From: Fimbriimonadales bacterium
GTDB taxonomy: Bacteria; Armatimonadota; Fimbriimonadia; Fimbriimonadales; ATM1
Length of the DNA: 64,000 nt
Assembly (NCBI GenBank): GCA_041744215.1
Contig: JBGTLG010000041.1
Location: forward strand, 128,001-192,000
Direction of reading: 5' to 3'
A program made the translations under genes and the position numbers. Below the pieces are notes generated by a model, which was given only the letters and a program-made list of their open reading frames with translations, was not told the DNA's origin and did no database searches. Shown here one piece after another: positions 9,936-19,131 of this stretch (positions are counted from its first letter, which is position 1; each line of letters opens with the position of its first letter).

Positions 9936-11036
9936 CTACATCCCAGGCATCTTCTTGCCGCCGAGCATCAACATGAGCGACGTCTTGGTCTGGATTCGCG
10001 GAAGCGGCTGCGCCTGATCGAGCGCGGCGCCAGGTCCATAACCGGTCATCTGCATCATGGCAAAATCGACGTTCGCAAAGATCCCAGCCGGAATCGTAGC
10101 GTTCGTGCGATTGCCTGCCATGAAAACGTCTCGGGAGACAAAGTCACGCACCTCAGCCATCTGCAGAAAGCCCATGTCCCCCATCACCATGTCCGCATAA
10201 ACCTCCGACGAAACCCAGATGATGAGTGTGTTCTTTCCTTCCATTCCGATGGCCGCGCTGTGTAGCCCAAGCGCGTGAGGAATCTCCTTCCACTTGAAGG
10301 CGATCGACTTCTTTAGGTCGATCTTGTTCTCCAGATTCGGCGCAGTAATCTCGATCGGAGCAAGGAAATCGACGTTCGAGGGAGCTTCGATCTCGACGTT
10401 GCCTGTGTAGCTCGTGTTCAGACTGTACTTGCCGACAAGCGACGCACTCTTGTCGATCGCTCCAGGCTGCTTCTTGGTCGGCCAATAGCCCGTCGTCCAG
10501 CCCGATTTGTAGAAGTACGAACTCGACGCAGCGCTCGCTTCGCGCATCTGGTTCCTCATAGCCTCCCGATACTCGGGATCGAGGCCAGACCAAGTTATCA
10601 CCTTAGGCTGGCCGGACTTGACCGTATCCGATGAACCCCAATAAATCTTGATCGTGAACGCCTCTGGATTGGCATCTGGGTCGAAGTCGCGAATCTTCTC
10701 GGGCTTCGCGTCGGCCTCCGGCCTATAAAGTTCGAGGTCCAGCCGCTGCCCCTGCTTGAGGCCTGCGGGCGGTACGACCCACGCAGTCGCGCCAGCCGGC
10801 GCGATAGTCGGCGACCAGAGACGAATGTTGAGGGTGCGGGCGGCCTGCCCTGCAAACATCATGGCCTCTGGAGGAAGTGTGAATCCCGGCGGCAACTCGC
10901 CCATGTCGAAGACCGGCATCCCTGCCATTCTTCCGACCTTCGTTTCAGCAAAGATCGCAAAGTAGGACTGCTCCTGGGATGACTGAGGAAGAAGAAAAGC
11001 CGCGCCAGCGACCAGCAATGCCGAGTGTTTTAACAT
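9936..11036 (-). CDS. Secreted hypothetical protein
   Basis: 366-aa ORF with signal-like N-terminus and protein-like composition. Confidence 0.75.
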   Translation of the reverse strand: MLKHSALLVAGAAFLLPQSSQEQSYFAIFAETKVGRMAGMPVFDMGELPPGFTLPPEAMMFAGQAARTLNIRLWSPTIAPAGATAWVVPPAGLKQGQRLDLELYRPEADAKPEKIRDFDPDANPEAFTIKIYWGSSDTVKSGQPKVITWSGLDPEYREAMRNQMREASAASSSYFYKSGWTTGYWPTKKQPGAIDKSASLVGKYSLNTSYTGNVEIEAPSNVDFLAPIEITAPNLENKIDLKKSIAFKWKEIPHALGLHSAAIGMEGKNTLIIWVSSEVYADMVMGDMGFLQMAEVRDFVSRDVFMAGNRTNATIPAGIFANVDFAMMQMTGYGPGAALDQAQPLPRIQTKTSLMLMLGGKKMPGM

Positions 11037-11167
11037 TTTTTAGCTTCAACTTTGCGAGCAAGAATGCTCACAAAGCAATTATGGACGCCGGCTGCAAAGT
11101 TTCGCTCAAGGCAGACAAAAACCCATCGAGACCAGGCTCGTTCGGCCCTTCCCCGAAAAACTCAAAT

Positions 11168-12118
11168 CTACTCGACTGGAATCTTGCTCGCGTTTTTGGT
11201 GACCCATTCCTCAAAGGACTGCAACTCAGGATTGAGCGATTTCGAGATCGCCAAGTCACGAGAAGCGATGTACATGTCGCTAAAATCGCGCTTGAATTGG
11301 AACATGTTGCCCAAATCGTCGGCCCCCGGAAACCCAAATGAACGATAATCATCCGGAGTAACTGCCGTGTACTGAACTTCCTTGCCGAGCGCCTTGGTCA
11401 TCCCAGCTGCCATCTCGTCCCCGGAGACGTGATCACCTGCGATCCCAACGGTCTTGCCGACCATGTCAAGCCCGCGCTGAAAGATCCCGTACGCGCATTT
11501 GCCGATGTCCTCTGCGGCAATTCCAGGAAGTTTTTTGTCATCCATCGGTAGCGCAAATGCAAGCTTGCCGTCTTCTCCAGCTTTTGGCTGCATACCAAAG
11601 TGAATGAAGTTGTCCCAATAGAAGGACGTGTAAAGGAAAGTAGTTGGGACGCTGAGCGACTTAAAAACCTCGTTAGCTTCGCCCTTCGCGTCGAAGTGCG
11701 GCACCTTGTACTTCTCCATCAGCGTCGGCATGCGATTATCGTCGAGCGAAACCCACTCCCTTGTATCTTCGAGAGTTGACCAAACGACGTGCTCCACCCC
11801 CGCGTCCTTCGCAGCCTGAGCGATGTTCTTCGCCTGTTGGTATTCCCTTTCGGGCGAGAAGTGCTCCCAAAAGTTCGTAACCGCGTACACCCCGTAAGCA
11901 CCTGCGAACGCGCGCTTGAGTGAATCAACGTCGTCGAGATCCGCAGAGACAACTTCCGCTCCAGCGTCACTCAACGCCTTGCCTTTCTCGGAATCCGGCT
12001 TTCGCGTGATCGCGCGAACCGAGAACTCTGAATCCTTATCGTTGAGGATGGCCCACGCCAATCCACCACCTTGCGCCCCGGTCGCGCCGATAACAGCAAT
12101 GATCTTCCTTTCTGACAT
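11168..12118 (-). CDS. NmrA/HSCARG family NAD(P)-binding protein
   Basis: GATGAQGG, VTNFWEH, VPHFDAK. Confidence 0.93.
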   Translation of the reverse strand: MSERKIIAVIGATGAQGGGLAWAILNDKDSEFSVRAITRKPDSEKGKALSDAGAEVVSADLDDVDSLKRAFAGAYGVYAVTNFWEHFSPEREYQQAKNIAQAAKDAGVEHVVWSTLEDTREWVSLDDNRMPTLMEKYKVPHFDAKGEANEVFKSLSVPTTFLYTSFYWDNFIHFGMQPKAGEDGKLAFALPMDDKKLPGIAAEDIGKCAYGIFQRGLDMVGKTVGIAGDHVSGDEMAAGMTKALGKEVQYTAVTPDDYRSFGFPGADDLGNMFQFKRDFSDMYIASRDLAISKSLNPELQSFEEWVTKNASKIPVE

Positions 12119-12200
12119 TAGAACAGTTCACCTCATTAAAGTAGTGAAACAATACCATCAGAGGTAATCCGGATGCAACGGGTTAAGGGTGAAGAATCTT

Positions 12201-12276
12201 TGGTGGAGATAACGGGATTCGAACCCGTGACCTCTTCAATGCCATTGAAGCGCTCTCCCAGCTGAGCTATATCCCC
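12201..12276 (-). tRNA. tRNA-Ala(GGC)
   Basis: GGGGATATAGCTCAGCTGGGAGAGCGCTTCAATGGCATTGAAGAGGTCACGGGTTCGAATCCCGTTATCTCCACCA: 76 nt, G3:U70 pair, encoded CCA. Confidence 0.98.
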
Positions 12277-12291
12277 ACGTCGAGGTTGCAA

Positions 12292-12300
12292 AGTATACCA
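12292..12300 (-). promoter_or_regulatory. Extended -10 promoter (TGGTATACT) for the tRNA
   Basis: TG-n-TATACT lies 15 nt upstream of the tRNA 5' end. Confidence 0.6.
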
Positions 12301-12301
12301 G

Positions 12302-14869
12302 TCAGGCTGCCCGCAGCCGCTCATAATCCGTGAGTGCGGCGTCGAGTTCCTCGCGGCGAACCGGCTTCGAAAGATAGTCGTCCATGCCCGCGGTTAAACA
12401 CAGCTCTCTGTCGCCTTCCATAGCGTTTGCAGTCATCGCGATGATGTACGTTCGCCTCCATCCTTCTGCTTCGCGAGCGCGAATTGCGCGAGTAGCGTCG
12501 TACCCGTCCATCACGGGCATCTGCACATCCATGAGTACGACATCGTAATGCACGTCGCGAGTCGCGACGACCGCATTCGCGCCATCAAGCGCGACGTCGA
12601 CAGCACACCCCAACGTCTCCAACATCTTCTTCGCTACCCTTTGATTCACCGGGTTATCTTCAACCACCAGAACACGGAGTCTCGCAGGTTGATCACTCTC
12701 TGCCTGGCTTAATGGAACACTGACTTCAACGAACTTCTCCTCTGTAAGCGCACCGGTGATTCCGCGCAGCAACTGAGCCTTTCGAATTGGCTTTGAGAGC
12801 CATCCCGAGATTCCGAACTCAGGCCATTGCGCTCTTGGCACGGCATCCGACACTGACGCGACCATGATCGTCGTCGGACCGCCGCCCGGCGTCTCTTTGT
12901 GCAGCGAGCGTGCGACATCAAGACCGTCCATACCAGGCATATGATAGTCGAGCAGAACGACGTCGTAACGAGTGTTCTCCACCCGCCGAATCGCCTCCAC
13001 TCCGCTCTCGGCTTCATAAACATTGCAGCCCCACCCCTCCAGATATGCCCGCAGAATCCTCCTGTTCGTATGATTGTCATCGACCACCAAGACACGCTTA
13101 TCTCGAAGCCCCGCCTGTGCTACTGCAGGCGCAATTGCACAAGCTGACACTTGCATCGGCACAACCACAACAAATCTGCTTCCCTCTCCTTCCGTGCTTG
13201 TGACTGATATCGTCCCGCCCATTAGTTCACAAAGCTTCCGGCAGATCGATAGTCCTAAACCTGAGCCTCCATAACGACGAGTAGTCGAGCTGTCAACTTG
13301 GGTGAAGCTATCGAAGATGCTGTCAATGCGGCTCGCAGGAATACCTATTCCAGTGTCGCTCACTTCAAGCGTAACGTAAGCACTTCCCTCAGTCGAAAAC
13401 TTCGAACTCACTTTGACGACGACCTCACCCACTTCAGTGAACTTTATCGCATTCCCGACAAGATTCGTAACCACTTGCCGAAGCCTAACCGGGTCACCTA
13501 ACAGCGACGGAGGTAAGTCCCCATCTATATGGGTTAGCAGCTCGATGCCCTTTCGCTGTGATGCGGATGCCAGCATGCTGGCCACGCCTTCCACCAATTC
13601 GCCGACGTCGACTGAGATTGACTCAATTGCCAACTTGCCTGCTTCAATTTTCGAGAAGTCGAGGATGTCGTCAATGATTGAGACTAAGGTCTCCGCGCTC
13701 GATCTGACAGTCTGGAGCATCTCGTGTTGCTCAGGCTCCAGGTCGGTATCTGACAGCAATTCCACCATCCCGATCACTCCATTCATCGGAGTTCGTATCT
13801 CGTGACTCATGTTTGCGAGGAACTCACTTTTCGCCCGCGACGACTCGTAAGCAGCGTCATGCGCGACCTTGAGCTCCCGATCTATCTGAATTGAGTGAAT
13901 AAGCGACCGCGCGATAGATCCAAATTCAGAAGCGTCTTTCGCCAAGGGTTCAAGGGGAGCTTCGTCTCGGTTCGCAAGACTCTCAGAGAGACGCGCTAAC
14001 GGTCCGTCAATCCACTTACGATGCGAAACGAACAGTGCCAAGATAACGATAAGCGTAAACAAGAACAGCATGGCTGTTGCAGCGGTCTGAACCGAGCGAG
14101 CGAAATCAATCGCTGGCGTTTCGCGGGTGACTTCGAGCGCTGCAATCGGTCTCCGGTCGTAGCCCCTCAGCACGATGATTAGGTGCGATGCTTCGATCTC
14201 ATCCTTTTCATGATCTACAGCCGCCGGCACCAGCCTAACGAAACTGTTCGTGGACTCGCCTAGCTCCCTTAACTCATTGGGGGACAAAAGCCTGCAAATG
14301 AACAAGTACCCTAATGGTACCAGTCGATCTTGATCTGCCTCCGAGTTTACAGTCGATGCGACGACCTCTACGACATCGTCGTTCATTCGATGGAAGAACC
14401 GCACGCTCGTCCTGTTCGAGAATAGGTTCGCAATCTGAGCCGGAGATAAGTCAATCCAAGAATCTCCGCGCCGCCCCTCTGTGTCAGCGGAATAGACCAT
14501 TGACCCGTCGAGCTGGTAGGCGGCCACCCAGCTTCCCTCGAACGTCTCGAGCGCCAAGTCGAGGTTCGATTGAGCCCACTCGGGATCTTGGTGAACAAGG
14601 AAGTCAACTGTCTCATCCCAGGAGGAGTAGTCCGTCGCGAAGCTGACGAGCCCTGCCGATCGGAGCTCCATCACGCTCTTCAGGGAGTCGCGGCGATCAC
14701 GAAGCTGGACGTCTGAGATCGCCTTTATCTGCGACTGATTCAACCAATGAACCGACCCAACAAACAGCGCGAAGAGGACCGTAATCACGGCCAAAATCGC
14801 AAGAAATCGCTTGCGCGTTCTCCCCATCCGTGGACTCGACACCATGCTTCGCTGCTTCTCGCCGGACAC
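12302..14869 (-). CDS. CHASE4 hybrid sensor histidine kinase with two receiver domains
   Basis: TM-DYSSWDE (CHASE4)-[39 protein letters not shown]; two REC domains. Confidence 0.93.
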   Translation of the reverse strand: MSGEKQRSMVSSPRMGRTRKRFLAILAVITVLFALFVGSVHWLNQSQIKAISDVQLRDRRDSLKSVMELRSAGLVSFATDYSSWDETVDFLVHQDPEWAQSNLDLALETFEGSWVAAYQLDGSMVYSADTEGRRGDSWIDLSPAQIANLFSNRTSVRFFHRMNDDVVEVVASTVNSEADQDRLVPLGYLFICRLLSPNELRELGESTNSFVRLVPAAVDHEKDEIEASHLIIVLRGYDRRPIAALEVTRETPAIDFARSVQTAATAMLFLFTLIVILALFVSHRKWIDGPLARLSESLANRDEAPLEPLAKDASEFGSIARSLIHSIQIDRELKVAHDAAYESSRAKSEFLANMSHEIRTPMNGVIGMVELLSDTDLEPEQHEMLQTVRSSAETLVSIIDDILDFSKIEAGKLAIESISVDVGELVEGVASMLASASQRKGIELLTHIDGDLPPSLLGDPVRLRQVVTNLVGNAIKFTEVGEVVVKVSSKFSTEGSAYVTLEVSDTGIGIPASRIDSIFDSFTQVDSSTTRRYGGSGLGLSICRKLCELMGGTISVTSTEGEGSRFVVVVPMQVSACAIAPAVAQAGLRDKRVLVVDDNHTNRRILRAYLEGWGCNVYEAESGVEAIRRVENTRYDVVLLDYHMPGMDGLDVARSLHKETPGGGPTTIMVASVSDAVPRAQWPEFGISGWLSKPIRKAQLLRGITGALTEEKFVEVSVPLSQAESDQPARLRVLVVEDNPVNQRVAKKMLETLGCAVDVALDGANAVVATRDVHYDVVLMDVQMPVMDGYDATRAIRAREAEGWRRTYIIAMTANAMEGDRELCLTAGMDDYLSKPVRREELDAALTDYERLRAA

Positions 14870-14967
14870 CTCGCCCGGGACCTACAAAGTTTATTGTCGG
14901 TTCCAGCCCCGCCTGCCACAACCCGCCTGCAACCGGGGCACCCGCTTGGGCGTAAACTCGGAACCTA

Positions 14968-15423
14968 ATGTCTACGACAGCCAGATACCGCCCGGCAGAC
15001 GTCCTAAGATGGCTAGAAATGGGGAGCCAAACTGTCCGCCAAACTCCACTGAAGCCGGCTGGCCCAGACGTCACGAAGGCGATCTTTGAAATCGTGGGCA
15101 AGGTCGTCCGCGAGGGCAAAGGAGCTATCGCGGGGATCGCTGGGAAGCAGTTGGAAGGACTTGAGTTTGTTCTCGAAGATTTGGCACTTGTAGCGGGAAA
15201 CCGGAGGATTCCTTATTCCGAAATCCGTTCCGTAGAACACGAGAAGGGAACTATCTTTCATATTCATGCCACCGGTTCGCCACTGACGATCAAGCCTTAC
15301 GCATGGCTCGAAGTCGCAGGACACCGAGTCCCGATTGGGTGGTTGCGCGACGGGATGGAGGTTCCGTTCGAGTTGCTAGCGGAAGAGATTGCGGCGCGCG
15401 CCGGTTTGGAAATCAAGCGCTAA
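14968..15423 (+). CDS. Hypothetical protein
   Basis: 151-aa ORF filling the gap; TAAACT 9 nt upstream. Confidence 0.7.
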   Translation: MSTTARYRPADVLRWLEMGSQTVRQTPLKPAGPDVTKAIFEIVGKVVREGKGAIAGIAGKQLEGLEFVLEDLALVAGNRRIPYSEIRSVEHEKGTIFHIHATGSPLTIKPYAWLEVAGHRVPIGWLRDGMEVPFELLAEEIAARAGLEIKR

Positions 15424-16246
15424 CGCGCGCTTCGTTTTCAATCGTGCTTCCCTTGAAGACTCTTCGCGCACGCGCGCTGACGACGATCGAGCCGTGTAAG
15501 CCCTTTGCGACTGCTGTTTCACCGCCGGGATTTTTGACTTCGACCGCGAGCGCATTGGGATGCTTGCGAAACCAACAAGCAGCAACAGCCGCGCTGCCAG
15601 TACCACATCCGTGAGTCTCCCCTACACCGCGTTCCCAAATCCGAATCGCGAGCGACTTCGCCCCAGTCTGCCAAGCCCAAATCACCGAAGTTCGCTTGGG
15701 AAACCACTCATGGTTCTCTAACGCCGGGCTAACAACTAGAAACTCATCCTCAGGCACGTCGGAATCTCTAAAGATAACGGTGTGCGTGCTACCTGTATTG
15801 ACCGAGCACAGGGTCTCATCAAAGCCAGCAACAAGCAACTTTCGCTCAAACACTTCGCCGACTCCGGCGGAGAGCGGAATCCCCTCAGGCTCGAACGTAG
15901 GCGGAGGCAGAGTTACGTCGATCCAATCAGATGCCGTGAACTCGATGGGAATCGTCATCCCTCCATGGAGCAATTGCAAGCGCTCTTTTGATTGGTGCTC
16001 GGTCTTCATATGAAGTGCCGCACACCGTAGACCATTGCCACAGAAATCCTCCGTCCCGTCGGGGTTGAACATTCTCATCGTGATTGGGTCTGTCGTCGGA
16101 TCTACGACCAGCAAGCCATCGCTCCCAATGCCAAACTTTCTGTCACATAGCGAAATCGCCACATGAGACAGATCGCTCCCTCCAGCGTCGGTCGCCTCGA
16201 TCAGAACAAAGTCGTTGCCTATACTCTCGTATTTGAAGAATGTCAC
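15413..16246 (-). CDS. dapF: Diaminopimelate epimerase
   Basis: GNDF, CDR.FGIG.DG, NPDG...FCGNGLRC, WERGVGET.GCGTG. Confidence 0.95.
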   Translation of the reverse strand: MTFFKYESIGNDFVLIEATDAGGSDLSHVAISLCDRKFGIGSDGLLVVDPTTDPITMRMFNPDGTEDFCGNGLRCAALHMKTEHQSKERLQLLHGGMTIPIEFTASDWIDVTLPPPTFEPEGIPLSAGVGEVFERKLLVAGFDETLCSVNTGSTHTVIFRDSDVPEDEFLVVSPALENHEWFPKRTSVIWAWQTGAKSLAIRIWERGVGETHGCGTGSAAVAACWFRKHPNALAVEVKNPGGETAVAKGLHGSIVVSARARRVFKGSTIENEARVSA

Positions 16247-18207
16247 CCTTCGTCACCTATCAGCGGTTCCAGTCGCAACCGCACCGTCTTCAGCATCTGA
16301 GCAAACCAGTCGCCGCTGGGCGACACAGCGGATATCCACCACGCCGCCGGACGATTGTTTGCGTGCTCTAAGCCTCTGGTCGAAACTACAGCTTCGCGCA
16401 CAAGCATCACCGTCGCATATTCCGACTCTCGAATGATTTCGCGTCGTCGGTGCCGTGCGGCAGCAAATTCATCAATCGCTCCTGCGGAAGCCGCAGCCTT
16501 TCGAAGCTCATGCAAATGTTCGCGCACCTCGCGCCGTTCGGAGCGCAGAGATGAAATCGTGTCAATGAACTCTTGCCGTGTGGATAGACTCTCTGCCGAC
16601 GCCTCTCTGCCGAACATCTCCGATGTAAAATGATCACCCATCGCGCGCTCAGTCTCGATCCAGCGAACCTTGATCTCCTTCAGCCGCGAGTGGAGCTGCG
16701 CCTTTTCCTCGCGGATCGCCTCCATCCTTTGCTTCAGAGGCTTAAGCGCATCGCCGAGCGACTCAAACTCTCGGGCGAGACACTCCCACCTGCCACCGCG
16801 AATCTTGTATAGAGCCTGAATGCGCCCCGCTGGACTCCGAGACTTGTGCAGCAACTCCAAGATCGCCTTCTGTTGATGTACGACCTCTCGCCACGATTTT
16901 GAAAACGTTTCCGCGCTCACGTGCTCAGCTCCGAACGGATTTTGAAATGGATGCGAGATGTGAAACCATCGATCAGTTGCAGAAAGCGAATTCCATGTGT
17001 CCCAACCAATCCGAAGGATAGGATTGGCTCTGACAGATATCCCCATCCGCGCCAAAAGGTTGTTCAGCTTGCGCGTTATGCGGACGTACATGGACGCGCC
17101 TTCATGGAATGCGAACACAAACTCGCGGGACAGCTGACTGATCAGCGTAACCGCCTTGCCCACAACCGCAGCACCAGGAAAATTCCTCTCGACAACATCC
17201 GCGAGGTCGAGTACTGACGTTATCCGCTGCTTCAAAGGAACAAACTGGGGCTCGGCGGTCATCACAATCAGCATCTGGTTCGTCAATCGAATGGTCCCGC
17301 GCCCTGATCCAGGGATCACCAAATCAAAGGGAATTGCTCCTGTTCCGAATCGGTCGAGCGAATAAACTTCTTCCCCTTCGACAGCTTTGTTGTACGCTTC
17401 GCATGCTTTCTGCGCCGTTTCTGGCTGTAGAAACAGGTTTACAAACTCAAATCTCGGGAGTGACGCAGACTCGCGATTGAGTTGCAGGAGCAGAGTTGTC
17501 TGTGTCAACTCGGCGGTGGACGTTTCAGACGTGAGCAATCGGTGGAATTCGGGTAGCAGACATTTGTAGAATCCTCCAAGCGTCTGCCCACTACAGAGCT
17601 CAACTGCATCACACATCATCGCGTGAATGCGTTCGCCGATGACCATTGCTTCTTCGCGCTGCTTGGGTTCGCACATCGCATCAACGGTTTGACTAAGTGC
17701 CCACTCAAACGTTCTCTGAATCGCCGGGAACAGAGCGTTCAGCGACAGTTCTCCTGCAACCCGTGGCGTTGCATCACTGCTTGCCAGTCCGCGCCAGCCA
17801 AAGGCCTCGGTCGCTTCGTCGAGCTTTGCGGAGTCGCCATCGGCCCACCTCTCAAGAGAAACCCCCGCGCGCGCGAACTGCTCCCGAGTGACCGCGACCT
17901 CGCCGCCAAACAGCGCGCTAAACTCACCAGCCGCCGACCAAAAACCTTTCGTAGAGCCCTCGTTCTTTGGAAGCGCAACGTAGGGATCTTTGGCAATCAA
18001 GCCACCCGGCAACTTCGCAAAGTAGTCGGTGTCATGCACACCGGCAATGAGAGACACGCTCACACCAACTTCGCGGCCAAGAATTGGCAAGGCAGCCTTT
18101 AGCGGCTCATCCCAAAACACCGTCTGCCCAAGCGCAAGTAGCGGCGCCCCAGGCGCGACTTCATGCAGCTGAAGCAGCGTTTCACGAACAGAAGGATGCG
18201 GTGTCAA
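16243..18207 (-). CDS. Hypothetical protein with C-terminal coiled coil (possibly BshC-like)
   Basis: 654-aa ORF overlapping the dapF start (GTGA); LALGQTVFWDEP and AGVHDTDYF motifs. Confidence 0.75.
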   Translation of the reverse strand: MTPHPSVRETLLQLHEVAPGAPLLALGQTVFWDEPLKAALPILGREVGVSVSLIAGVHDTDYFAKLPGGLIAKDPYVALPKNEGSTKGFWSAAGEFSALFGGEVAVTREQFARAGVSLERWADGDSAKLDEATEAFGWRGLASSDATPRVAGELSLNALFPAIQRTFEWALSQTVDAMCEPKQREEAMVIGERIHAMMCDAVELCSGQTLGGFYKCLLPEFHRLLTSETSTAELTQTTLLLQLNRESASLPRFEFVNLFLQPETAQKACEAYNKAVEGEEVYSLDRFGTGAIPFDLVIPGSGRGTIRLTNQMLIVMTAEPQFVPLKQRITSVLDLADVVERNFPGAAVVGKAVTLISQLSREFVFAFHEGASMYVRITRKLNNLLARMGISVRANPILRIGWDTWNSLSATDRWFHISHPFQNPFGAEHVSAETFSKSWREVVHQQKAILELLHKSRSPAGRIQALYKIRGGRWECLAREFESLGDALKPLKQRMEAIREEKAQLHSRLKEIKVRWIETERAMGDHFTSEMFGREASAESLSTRQEFIDTISSLRSERREVREHLHELRKAAASAGAIDEFAAARHRRREIIRESEYATVMLVREAVVSTRGLEHANNRPAAWWISAVSPSGDWFAQMLKTVRLRLEPLIGDEG

Positions 18208-18246
18208 TGGACGTATTCTACGCGACGGCGGTCAGTCGGGTTCTTC

Positions 18247-19125
18247 TCAAAACAGGAAACCAGGCGCGGGAACGTCGATGGCCGCAACGATCTCCCTCGG
18301 GTCGCGCACGGCGACCGTGCCTTTGCGGATCAACTCGCGATTGCCCTCCGGTACGTCCTCGCCGTCCCGGACGATCAGCTGACAATACCGATGCTTGAGC
18401 GCTTCTTCTGCCCCAGCCCAAGTGCCACCGCTACCGAAGGCCGAGGAAACAACAAGTGTCGCCACAGAATGGCCATAAATCAGCTTGTTGCGATTCATCG
18501 CGCTTCCGACGCTGAATCCTGCGAAAGGTGACACCGCGCACGCCATACACACTCGCCCACTCTCGAGCGCATCTCTCGATGCTCCCACAGCCTTGCCAAG
18601 TGAATCTGCAAGAAAGGCGATCGATTCGCCATCCGATTCGAGTGCTGCGCGCATTGACAACTGGTCGACGCCTCTTGCACCGCCGGAAACCACGACATAG
18701 CCTTGCTCGACAACAACTCGCGCCGCGGCAGTTGCAAACTCTGCGCCCGATTCATCCACACCCCGGGACCCTACAATTCCAAATGAACGCGAATTGAGCA
18801 GCGAGAGGTTGCCAGCAGCAAACAACAACGGGGGACGTCGTGCGCCCAGAGTCTCGATCCAGCGTTGCGGATAGTCGTCATCAAACTCGGAAATCACGCA
18901 AATGTCGTTCTTTGATAGCTCCGCAAGCGCGGCATCGATTGGGTCGATACGCGAAAGCAGTTGAGCGACCCTCTCAGCATCGACTTCGCTCAGGTGCTTC
19001 TGGGACCATTCGACAACATCCCCTGTCGAGTTGCGCAGCTCTTTCCAAAGAGCTGAGCCGACAGGCTCAGCATCATCGAGCAAAAAGCTCGTTAGAGCAA
19101 CGACTTCGTTAGTTTGCATAGGCAT
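18247..19125 (-). CDS. DprA/Smf-domain protein (RqlI-like)
   Basis: DDDYP, PPLLF..GN, GIVGSR, VSGGARGVD, AMNRNKLI, GGTWAGA. Confidence 0.9.
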   Translation of the reverse strand: MPMQTNEVVALTSFLLDDAEPVGSALWKELRNSTGDVVEWSQKHLSEVDAERVAQLLSRIDPIDAALAELSKNDICVISEFDDDYPQRWIETLGARRPPLLFAAGNLSLLNSRSFGIVGSRGVDESGAEFATAAARVVVEQGYVVVSGGARGVDQLSMRAALESDGESIAFLADSLGKAVGASRDALESGRVCMACAVSPFAGFSVGSAMNRNKLIYGHSVATLVVSSAFGSGGTWAGAEEALKHRYCQLIVRDGEDVPEGNRELIRKGTVAVRDPREIVAAIDVPAPGFLF

Positions 19126-19131
19126 TGTAGT

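Noticed and set aside
8866..10017. 383-aa plus-strand ORF
   Set aside because: Antisense shadow of the BNR propeller gene; no recognisable motifs.
8366..12276. Island integrated at the tRNA-Ala 3' end
   Set aside because: No integrase and no duplicated tRNA 3' end seen.
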